From the NCBI GenBank assembly GCA_046595615.1, contig JBKJOO010000147.1, positions 1 through 59,866 on the forward strand: a stretch of 59,866 bases of DNA. Direction: 5' to 3'. The DNA comes from Mycobacteriales bacterium (GTDB lineage: Bacteria > Actinomycetota > Actinomycetes > Mycobacteriales > SCTD01). The notes beneath the pieces were generated by a model, which was not told the origin of the DNA, made no database searches, and saw only the letters and a program-made list of their open reading frames with translations. Of the stretch, positions 49,862-57,769 are shown piece after piece. The translations under genes were made by a program, and so were the position numbers. Position 1 is the stretch's first letter; the number at the start of each line of letters is the position of its first letter.

Positions 49862-52800
49862 GTCGAGGTTCTGATCAGGACGGGCTGTTCGATCCCGGCG
49901 AGAAGCGACTCCGCGCCTTCCGGGTCCAGGTTCTCGAGGAGGGCGGTGAGGTCGTCCGGCGCCCCGGACTCTGCGGCGGCCTGCAGTTGCAGACGCTCGT
50001 GATGGATCAGGTCGCCGATCTCGGTCACCGTGGCGCCGTGGAGCAGGAACACGACCTTGGGCGCGACACCGAAGGCCTGTTCGAGGCGGATGCGGAGCTC
50101 GACGGCGATCATCGAGTCGAGGCCGAGGTGGTTCAGCGAGTCCTCGCGAGGCAGCTTGTCGGGCCGCATCCGCAGGACGCCGCCAATGAGCTGCGCGCAG
50201 GCGTCGGTGATGATCTGCTGGTGCTCCTCGGCGGGAGCGTCGGCGAGTTGCTTCTCGACCGACTCCCCGCCGGCGACGTCTTCCGCCGTGAGGTGGCTGT
50301 CCTGCCCCAGGTGTGCGATGAGCCGGGGGACGATCGGGTAGCTGGAGATCACCGTGGGCCAGTGCGCGGACACGACGACCTGCTGCGTTTCCGACGAGCC
50401 GAGGAGCTGGTCGAAGATCTCCGCGCCGGTCGCCTCGGACAGCAGGTCGATGCCGCGGCGCTCGTAGAGCGGCTGCAGCCCGAGCTGCGCGATCATCCCC
50501 ACATCCCAGGGACCCCAACCGATCGACAGGGCCGGCAGGCCGCTGCCTCGGCGGTACTGCGCGAGCCCGTCCAGGAAGGAATTGGCGGCCGCGTAGTTGG
50601 CCTGGCCGACCGTCACCAGGACTGAGCTCACGGAGGAGAACAGGACGAAGAAGTCGAGCGGCTCGTCGGCGAGCGCCTCGTGCAGTGCCCAAGCTCCCGA
50701 GACCTTCGGGCTCAGCACGCTGTTGAGTTGCTCCTCCGTCATGCGGGACATGACCTGGTCTTGCACCGATCCGGCCGCGTGGATGACTCCGCGCACCGGT
50801 GGGAGGGCGAGGTCGTGACGCTTCGCGAGGAAGGCGCGCAGGGCCGCGGGGTCGGTCACGTCCAGGCTCGCGGTCTCCACGATCGCGCCGAGCTTCTCGA
50901 CCGCGATGATCGCCTTGACCCGCGTGCGGTCCGGATCGGCCTGCGTCAGGCCGTCCCAGGTGTTGCGCGGTGGGAGTGCGGAACGTCCGATGAGGACTAT
51001 CCGGCGGGCTCCACGACGTGCGAGGTGCCGGGCGAAAAGCATCCCGAGCGCACCCAGCCCACCGGTGATGAGATACGTCGCGTCCGGCTCGAAGGTGAAC
51101 GGGACCGAACCTGACTCCAGCCGCGACGGGGTCAACCGGGCTACCCGGCGCTGTCCGGCTCGCCAGGCGACCTGGTCTTCGTCGGCATCGGCCCGCAGGA
51201 GTTCGACGACCAGAGCGGGAACGTCGTCGAGGGGGTGGTCGGGGTCGAGATCCATGATCCGGGAGTGCAGCGACAGCGACTCCTGATGCAGGACGCGCGC
51301 CATGCCCCACAGCGGGGTCTGGAGCACTCCCGCCGCGGTCAATCGGCCATCGACCGGCTGCGCTCCGACGGTGATGAGGGTCAACGGCCACGCCAGGTTC
51401 TGGGCGTCGAGCGCCTGCACAAGGTGCAAGAGCAGGACCGGCCCGAGACCGGTCGCCTCAGCCACCCGTTCGCCGACGAGGTCTGCGGCGGCGGCGCCGG
51501 CCGACCAGGCGTCGATGACGCCGTGCACCGGCCGATCCGTGCGGTGGGCGACCCGGCGGACCACCTCGTCCAGGTCGTCGCGATGGCGCGGGCGGATCTG
51601 GAACTCGTCCGTACCGACGGCGGCGAAGGTGTCGCCCTCCCGGACCACGACGGCCACGTCGCCGAGGTCGGTGACCCTGTCGGCGATCGCGTCCGCGATG
51701 TTGCCGGAGTCGGCGAGGATCAGCCACCTGCCCGGGACGGTCTCGGCCGCCCGGACGGCGGGCGGGTCCTGCGCCTGCCACACCACCTCGTGCAGCCAGG
51801 CGTTGCCCAGCCTCGGCCGCGCCCGCTGCCCGACGCCGAGCAGCCGCACCCGGAAGCCGCGGATCTCCAAGGCCACTCTGCCGTCATCGGTGACCAGGAC
51901 GGCGTCGCTCGCGAGTTCGTCGCCGGAGGACTCGGCCGCCGTCGCATGGACCCAAAGCGCCTCGTCCGTACGTCCGTGTAGGACGATCTTGTCCACGCCG
52001 ACGGGCATCATCATCGCGTCGTCCTCGGACAGGACGCCAACGAGCGGGAGCAGCATCTGAAAGCAGCCGTCAAGCAGGATCGGATCGAGGACGAGGTTGT
52101 CGGCGGCGTTGCTCGTGACAGCGTCCCGGGACAGCCGGCCGAGCGCCTCATCCGTGCCCACCCACAGTCGCTCGACGGACTGGAAACGCGGGCCGTAGTC
52201 GAAGCCGTGGCGCCGGAACGCCTCGTAGCATTGGGTCGCATCCCATTCGTCGGTGCACCGCGCGCGGATCGCGTCGAGGTCGATCGAGGACTGCGACACG
52301 GCGGCGGGTGCGAGGCGCGCCGAGGCGTGCAGCGTCCAGCTGTCCGTCCCCGGAGGGCGCCCGTGGATCTCGACCTGGCCGGTGTCGCGGACCACCGTCG
52401 TGTCGAGCAAGTACGCCGGGCCCGCACGCAGGACCGTGGGCGCCTCGAACCCAACATCCTGCACGACGCAGTGGTCGGCACCGAAGGCAGCACGCCCGGC
52501 CGCAAGTGCCATTTCGACATAGCATGATCCGGGGAACACGTTGGCGCCCATCACGGTGTGGTCGGCGAGGTAAGCCGGACGGCTGCCGTCGAGGTGCCGG
52601 CGCCAGGCGGGTGTCGGGACGTCGCGGTGGTTTCCCAGCAGCGGGTGGTCGAGTTCACCGAGTCGGTCCATGCGAGTGGCCTCGGTCTCCATCCAGAAGC
52701 GCTCGCGCTGCCACGGGTAGGCGGGCAGGTCCAGGGCGTTGCCAACGGCGTGGAACGCGGTCCAGTCGGGCGTGTAGCCGGCGACGTACAGCTCAGCACA

Positions 52801-55407
52801 CGCGTTCGCCAAGGTGGCTCCGTCAGGGTCTTCACGCTTGAGCGACGCCACCGTGAGCCCGCGGCGGCCAGAGACGCCCAGACAGTCGGCCAGTGCCCTG
52901 CCGAGGACGGGTTGCGGGCCGATCTCCACGAACGCACTCACGCCCGAGTCGATCATCGCCATGGCCGCGTCCGCGAACCGGACCGGTTCACGGACGTTGC
53001 GCCACCAGTACCCCGCATCCTGCAGGGTGCCGTCCAGGCCTCCGCCGGTTACCCCGGTGTAGAGCGGCATGGACGGCCTCGACGGAGCCAGGCCGGCGAG
53101 GCACTGCCGCAGCTCGGCCTCGAGGGGATCCATCAGCGTGCTGTGGAAGGGAACGTCGCCGCTGACAAAGCGGCAGAAGACGTCGTCGGCGTCGAGCGCG
53201 GACCGCACCGCCTCGAGGTCGGCCGTCCTACCCGCAAGCGCCACCGAGGTGGGGCTGTTGATCGCTGCGATGGCCAGCCGGCCGTCCCGGACGGCGGGCA
53301 GGTCGCGGGCGCGGTCCTCGGTGATCGCCGCGGCGATCAACCGGCCCTGGCCGGCGGTCAGCTGCTGCAGGCGCGCCCGCTGGTAGATGACGAGGACCGC
53401 GTCTTCGAAGGTGAGGCCGCCGGCTACGTACGCAGCGGCGATCTCGCCGGCGCTGTGCCCCACGACCGCGTCTGGCCGGATACCGAGTTCGGCCCACACG
53501 TCTGTCAGTGCGACCTGCAGCGCGAAGTTCGCGGGCTGCGAGATCGAGGTCAGTGCCATTCGCGATGTCGCCTCGTCGGCGAGCAGCTCATCGACGAGCG
53601 ACCAGTCGGCGTGGGTGCGCAGCTCGGCGTCGCAGCGTTCGATCGTCGCGCGGAACGTGTGGTTCTCAGTCATCAGCTGGCGTCCCATGGCCCACCACTG
53701 GGGTCCCATGCCTGTGTAGACGAAGGCCAGGGGTGAATCGCTGGCCGGTCCGGACGAGACGTGGACGGCCGGGTGGAGCTGTCCGTCGCGGACGCTGCCC
53801 AGGGCTTCGCGCAGCTCGCCCGCGGAGTCGGTGACCACCGCGAGCCGGGCCTGCCGGTGGTGGGTGCGGCGGTGCGCGGCGGCCGACCCGAGCATGGTCG
53901 GGTCGGCAGCGTCCAAGGCCTCGGCATAGCGCCCGGCGAGTGCCGCGAGGGCGTCGGCACTGCGCGCGGCCAGCGGAAACACCGAGAACAGGGGTGCGAT
54001 CGGCAGACGGCCGACCGTATCGGTCTTGGTCATGGTCGGGGCCGTGGTCGACGGTCCGGACCGGCCGGGTCCGTTTTCCAGGATGACGTGGGCGTTGGTG
54101 CCGCCGAAGCCGAAGGAGTTCACGGCGGCTCGGACCACACCGTCGCGTTCCGCGATGCGCTCGTTGACGGTGGGGATCCGGAGTCGCAGGCCCTCGAGGT
54201 CGATGGCCGGGTTGATCGTCGTCAGGTGGGACTGCCGGGGGACCTGCCGGTGTGCCACGCACAGTGCTGCCTTGATGAGGCCGGTGACGCCTGCGGCCGC
54301 CTCGGTGTGGCCGATGTTCGCCTTCACCGAGGCGAGCAGGCAGGCGTCACCGGGGGGTCGAGCGGCGCCGCGTCCGTAGACCTCGCCGATCGCCTCGGCC
54401 TCGATGGGGTCGCCGACCGGTGTGCCCGTGCCATGAGCCTCGACGTACACCACGGACGAGGCCGCGAGACCGGCGTCGGCGAGCGCGTCGCGCATCGCCC
54501 GCTGTTGGCTCTGGCCATTCGGGACGGTGATTCCGTTGGTCCGTCCGTCCTGGGTGACCGCAGTGCCGCGGATGACCGCATAGATCCGGTCCCCATTGCT
54601 CAAGGCGGCGGACAGTGGCTTGAGGACGACGATTCCCGCGCCCTCCCCGCGCACGTAGCCGTCGGCTGATGCGTCGAAGGGGCGGGACTGACTGGTCGGT
54701 GAGAGGAAACCGCCCTGGGAAGCCGCAATAGTGAAGTTCGGTGCCAGCATCAGGTTCACCCCGCCGGCGAGTGCGACGGTGCTCTCCCCCGACCAGAGGG
54801 ACCGACAGGCGAGATGGACCGCCACCAGGGAGGACGAGCAGGCAGTGTCGATGGCCATGCTGGGCCCTTGGAGATCGAAGGCGTGGGAGATGCGGTTGGC
54901 CAGCATGGTCATCACGACGCCGGTCGCGGTGTGCAGGGAGACGTTGCTCCGATCGGTGCCGGAGAATTGCAGCTGCCCGTAGTCGAGTGTGAACCCGCCG
55001 ATGAAGACGCCGGTGGCAGTGCCGGAGAGTTGCTCCAGTGGGGTGCCAGAATTCTCCAGCGCCTCCCAGACGACTTCGAGGAGAAGCCGTTGCTGCGGGT
55101 CGATGTGGTCCGCCTCGCGTGGGGAGATCTCGAAGAACGCGGCGTCGAACTCGTCGACCGGGCTGGTCAAAAATCCACCTCGGCGTACGCGGCTCGTGCC
55201 GGGGTTCGAATCCGGTTCGTAGAACTTCTCGAGCTGCCACCGATCTCGTGGAGTGTCGACGAGGCCGTCGCCGCCGGCCACAAGTAGGTCCCAGAAGCTC
55301 TCGGGGCTGTCGACGCCGCCGGCCAGCCGGCAGCCGATGCCCACTATGGCGATCGGCTCGCGCACCGGCGCGCCGGTGCCGGGCGGGGGTCCGTGAAGAG
55401 CTGACAT
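49858..55407 (-). CDS. Type I polyketide synthase, single module: KS-AT-DH-KR-ACP
   Basis: 1849 aa with an AGGAGA RBS. KS: DTACSSSLVAVHLA, EAHGTGT, NIGHTEAAAG. AT: GHSAGE and VPFHS. DH: HPLLG, LADHTVMGANVFPG, LLDGCFQ. KR: YLITGGLGALG and YAAAN. ACP: LGLDSM. Confidence 0.95.
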   Translation of the reverse strand: MSALHGPPPGTGAPVREPIAIVGIGCRLAGGVDSPESFWDLLVAGGDGLVDTPRDRWQLEKFYEPDSNPGTSRVRRGGFLTSPVDEFDAAFFEISPREADHIDPQQRLLLEVVWEALENSGTPLEQLSGTATGVFIGGFTLDYGQLQFSGTDRSNVSLHTATGVVMTMLANRISHAFDLQGPSMAIDTACSSSLVAVHLACRSLWSGESTVALAGGVNLMLAPNFTIAASQGGFLSPTSQSRPFDASADGYVRGEGAGIVVLKPLSAALSNGDRIYAVIRGTAVTQDGRTNGITVPNGQSQQRAMRDALADAGLAASSVVYVEAHGTGTPVGDPIEAEAIGEVYGRGAARPPGDACLLASVKANIGHTEAAAGVTGLIKAALCVAHRQVPRQSHLTTINPAIDLEGLRLRIPTVNERIAERDGVVRAAVNSFGFGGTNAHVILENGPGRSGPSTTAPTMTKTDTVGRLPIAPLFSVFPLAARSADALAALAGRYAEALDAADPTMLGSAAAHRRTHHRQARLAVVTDSAGELREALGSVRDGQLHPAVHVSSGPASDSPLAFVYTGMGPQWWAMGRQLMTENHTFRATIERCDAELRTHADWSLVDELLADEATSRMALTSISQPANFALQVALTDVWAELGIRPDAVVGHSAGEIAAAYVAGGLTFEDAVLVIYQRARLQQLTAGQGRLIAAAITEDRARDLPAVRDGRLAIAAINSPTSVALAGRTADLEAVRSALDADDVFCRFVSGDVPFHSTLMDPLEAELRQCLAGLAPSRPSMPLYTGVTGGGLDGTLQDAGYWWRNVREPVRFADAAMAMIDSGVSAFVEIGPQPVLGRALADCLGVSGRRGLTVASLKREDPDGATLANACAELYVAGYTPDWTAFHAVGNALDLPAYPWQRERFWMETEATRMDRLGELDHPLLGNHRDVPTPAWRRHLDGSRPAYLADHTVMGANVFPGSCYVEMALAAGRAAFGADHCVVQDVGFEAPTVLRAGPAYLLDTTVVRDTGQVEIHGRPPGTDSWTLHASARLAPAAVSQSSIDLDAIRARCTDEWDATQCYEAFRRHGFDYGPRFQSVERLWVGTDEALGRLSRDAVTSNAADNLVLDPILLDGCFQMLLPLVGVLSEDDAMMMPVGVDKIVLHGRTDEALWVHATAAESSGDELASDAVLVTDDGRVALEIRGFRVRLLGVGQRARPRLGNAWLHEVVWQAQDPPAVRAAETVPGRWLILADSGNIADAIADRVTDLGDVAVVVREGDTFAAVGTDEFQIRPRHRDDLDEVVRRVAHRTDRPVHGVIDAWSAGAAAADLVGERVAEATGLGPVLLLHLVQALDAQNLAWPLTLITVGAQPVDGRLTAAGVLQTPLWGMARVLHQESLSLHSRIMDLDPDHPLDDVPALVVELLRADADEDQVAWRAGQRRVARLTPSRLESGSVPFTFEPDATYLITGGLGALGMLFARHLARRGARRIVLIGRSALPPRNTWDGLTQADPDRTRVKAIIAVEKLGAIVETASLDVTDPAALRAFLAKRHDLALPPVRGVIHAAGSVQDQVMSRMTEEQLNSVLSPKVSGAWALHEALADEPLDFFVLFSSVSSVLVTVGQANYAAANSFLDGLAQYRRGSGLPALSIGWGPWDVGMIAQLGLQPLYERRGIDLLSEATGAEIFDQLLGSSETQQVVVSAHWPTVISSYPIVPRLIAHLGQDSHLTAEDVAGGESVEKQLADAPAEEHQQIITDACAQLIGGVLRMRPDKLPREDSLNHLGLDSMIAVELRIRLEQAFGVAPKVVFLLHGATVTEIGDLIHHERLQLQAAAESGAPDDLTALLENLDPEGAESLLAGIEQPVLIRTST
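49993..50235 (-). other. PKS acyl carrier protein domain (residues ~1725-1805)
   Basis: LNHLGLDSMIAVEL (Ser1765). Followed by a helical tail of about 45 aa that could be a docking element. Confidence 0.8.
50488..51090 (-). other. PKS ketoreductase catalytic subdomain (residues ~1440-1640)
   Basis: Contains GGLGALG and the catalytic YAAAN. HAAGSVQDQ sits at the LDD position and retains the last Asp, suggesting a B-type KR. Confidence 0.75.
51838..52665 (-). other. PKS dehydratase domain (residues ~915-1190)
   Basis: The HxxxGxxxxP motif (H950) and the DxxxQ motif (LLDGCFQ) are both intact. Confidence 0.8.
52768..53730 (-). other. PKS acyltransferase domain (residues ~560-880)
   Basis: GHSAGE (Ser652). 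The specificity region is VPFHS, which is closer to the malonyl-type HAFH than to the methylmalonyl-type YASH. Confidence 0.8.
54073..55359 (-). other. PKS ketosynthase domain (residues ~17-445)
   Basis: The Cys190/His325/His366-type triad motifs are all present. Confidence 0.85.
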
Positions 55408-55533
55408 GATTGAGTTCTCCTGTCGAGAGCTTGCTAGGGGCCGCGCCGTCCGACCTCCTGTTCTTCGAGCGTCCGCCGTTGTCGAAAATGCGACAGAGGA
55501 CTAAGTCACATTGCGGCTGGGTAATGTCGGCGG
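55408..55533. promoter_or_regulatory. Divergent intergenic region that must carry the promoters of the PKS operon and the PPTase gene
   Basis: 126-bp gap between divergent start codons. Contains TAATGT (55522-55527) 6 nt before the PPTase GTG, and a short inverted repeat TGTCG-aaaatg-CGACA (~55480-55496). Confidence 0.5.
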
Positions 55534-56229
55534 GTGACCGGGCCGGAAGACACACAACCAGGCGGCGAAACGGTCGTCCGGGTCGACGGAGTCACCCGAG
55601 CCTGGTTCGTCCTGCCGAGGCCCGCGGCCGACGTCACCGCGCTGAATGCCGCCGAGCGGGCCCGCGCCGACGCGTTCGTCGATGCCCGCGACCGCGACGC
55701 CTACGTCGCGGCGCATGCGGCGCTGCGCCACCGCATGGGCGTGCATCTCGGCGTACCCGCGCACCGGCTGGAGTTCGTTCGCGAGACCTGCATTCACTGC
55801 GGCGGCCCGCACGGGCGTCCGAGGGTCGTTGGTACAGGCATCGAGTTCTCGCTCTCGCACACCCGCGGGCTCGCGCTCGTGACGCTGTCCGAGCACCGGG
55901 TCGGCGCGGACGTCGAGCGCGCCACCGTCCTTGCTGAGTCCGATCTGTTGGGCGTTGCGACGGCCGTCCTGCACCCGGCCGAGGCCGCCGCCCTCGCCGC
56001 GCTGCCCGCGGCCGACCGGCCGACGGCGTTTACCCGCTGCTGGGTGCGCAAGGAGGCCTACCTCAAGGGCACCGGCGCGGGAATCGCGAGCGACTTGAGT
56101 GCGTCCCGTGTCGGCATCGGGACAGCCGCCGAACAACCCGCTGGCTGGACGCTCACGGATCTGGTCGCCCCGGACGGGTTCGCTGCAGCCGTCGCCGTCA
56201 ACCGGCCCGGCAACCGACGCTACGGCTGA
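55534..56229 (+). CDS. Sfp-type 4'-phosphopantetheinyl transferase
   Basis: 231 aa. Contains FSLSHTRGLALV, GADVE and FTRCWVRKEAYLKGTG, the PPTase W/KEA motif. Confidence 0.88.
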   Translation: MTGPEDTQPGGETVVRVDGVTRAWFVLPRPAADVTALNAAERARADAFVDARDRDAYVAAHAALRHRMGVHLGVPAHRLEFVRETCIHCGGPHGRPRVVGTGIEFSLSHTRGLALVTLSEHRVGADVERATVLAESDLLGVATAVLHPAEAAALAALPAADRPTAFTRCWVRKEAYLKGTGAGIASDLSASRVGIGTAAEQPAGWTLTDLVAPDGFAAAVAVNRPGNRRYG

Positions 56230-56507
56230 CGAGGGCGCTGGCGCGGTTTCCGTATGACCTTTGGCTATCCGGAAGGGTGCCGGCGTAGCGAGGAAGCGGT
56301 TGGAGAGTGGGCGGGACCCAGCACGATGGCCGCGAAACCAAGCGACCGTCCTGCGCCCCGATCGTCGCCCACCTCCAGTGCCCGAACGCGGGCGTCAGTT
56401 GAACTCAGCTGCGGCGATGCCGGGGGTGGCCTGCTGGCCTCTTCCCGACATTGATCATCGAACCGGAGGTGACCGCACCGCACCGACCGGCTCACACTCA
56501 AGGTGTG

Positions 56508-57113
56508 ATGCGCCCCAGCGTGCGTATCCCAATAGCCCTGTTCGGTGCCGGGGTGTTGCTCGTCGCATGCACCACCGGCGGTGGATCATCATCGACGGGA
56601 CAGCCAGCCTCGCCGACAACGGCCGGCACCACGTCGCCGTCCACCTCGAGCAAGGCGCATCCACCGGCAACCTTCCAACCGACGGGATCTCAGGTCGCCG
56701 AAGTGGCGAACCTGAGAAGGTTCATCACCGCCTACAACGCGGGCAGCGCCGACGGCGCCCTCGCGCAGGTCTCGCCCACGCAACCGTTGGCATTCAGCGA
56801 CTGCGACTACGCAACCCAACAACTCGTTTACGGGCACGGACGCGTTCAACTCACCAACTGGCTCCGGACGAACATCGCCGACCATGACCGGCTCACCATC
56901 GACAACATCGATGCGAATCCGGACCAGCCACTCGGCGTGCTCGGGGTGAGCTTCAGCCGGCGAAGCAGCGACGCCATCACGCGAAGCGGACACCCGAACG
57001 GCATCACGCCAGTACTCGGGGCCAAGGTCAAGTTCGACCGGGATGGGCTTCTCACCGAGTTCAACAACGGCCCCTACGGGGGGGGCGACGCCTGCCTGAT
57101 CAACCAACGGTAA
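56508..57113 (+). CDS. Putative lipoprotein, unknown function
   Basis: ORF 56451..57113 trimmed to MRPSVRIPIALFGAGVLLVAC (lipobox LVAC), followed by a Ser/Thr/Pro-rich linker. No family recognised. Confidence 0.6.
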   Translation: MRPSVRIPIALFGAGVLLVACTTGGGSSSTGQPASPTTAGTTSPSTSSKAHPPATFQPTGSQVAEVANLRRFITAYNAGSADGALAQVSPTQPLAFSDCDYATQQLVYGHGRVQLTNWLRTNIADHDRLTIDNIDANPDQPLGVLGVSFSRRSSDAITRSGHPNGITPVLGAKVKFDRDGLLTEFNNGPYGGGDACLINQR

Positions 57114-57388
57114 CGCCGGGATCTCTTCACGATCGCGGCTCCCGACGTGCCGGAACTGCAAGGTGATTCGTGCAGGGCGCATCGAGCCGACCGAAGTGGC
57201 GCTGCGACGCGCAGAGCACCCCATAGCGCGGCCAGCACCTCAGCCACCGAGCTAGCAGGCAACCCGACTATCGTGCTGCACGAACCCCGAGCGCAGGAGT
57301 TCCTCCAAACCCCTGCTTGCGCCGAACTTGGCGACGACAGCTGGGGCGCAGCCGTTGTCGGGCAACCACCGGGCCTTGCGCCTGCTGA

Positions 57389-57663
57389 GTTGTCCACATA
57401 ATCGAGTCCGATCTGATCCGGCTCCGCACCCGAGAAGGTACGCGGGTTGCTACGTCCAAGGGACATCTTCGCGGTAAGCAGCCGAAGCTCAATTGTCGCC
57501 AAGAGGCCCACTTGGTCTCGCTGGTGCAAGCGGCGAAGACAGCACCGCCTTGGTCGCAGACCTCGTCGGCGTCGGCCGCTCAACTGTCTACCGCGCCATC
57601 GAGCGACAACGGAACCAGGCACGAGAAGCCACCACAGCGGGCGTCGCGACGAACGGAACGTGA
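57389..57663 (+). pseudogene. Serine recombinase (resolvase/invertase) remnant, C-terminal third only, frameshifted
   Basis: IIESDLIRLRTREGTRVATSKGHLRGKQPKLNCRQEAHLVSLVQAA, then a frame change near 57520 into SGEDSTALVADLVGVGRSTVYRAIERQRNQ (the HTH). The catalytic N-terminal domain is absent, with an in-frame TGA at ~57386. Confidence 0.65.
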
Positions 57664-57769
57664 ACCGGGCTGGCGTCCCGCAGAGCACACCCATGCCGGA
57701 CACACCTCGCCTCTCACCCCACTCCATCCTGACGAGCTGCCGCAGGTGGTCTTGACAACAGCGGGCGAG

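Noticed and set aside
55195-55225. The plus-strand sequence GGGGTTCGAATCCGG resembles a tRNA T-loop (GGTTCGAATCC).
   Set aside because: The flanking bases can form only about 2 bp of a T-stem. No acceptor, D or anticodon arms could be drawn, and it lies inside the KS coding region. This is a chance match.
37091-55287. Numerous 100-500-aa ORFs on the plus strand and in off-frames across the PKS, NRPS and carboxylase genes (for example 37091..38629, 48554..50002, 52558..53736).
   Set aside because: All are shadows of three motif-dense megaenzyme genes on the minus strand.
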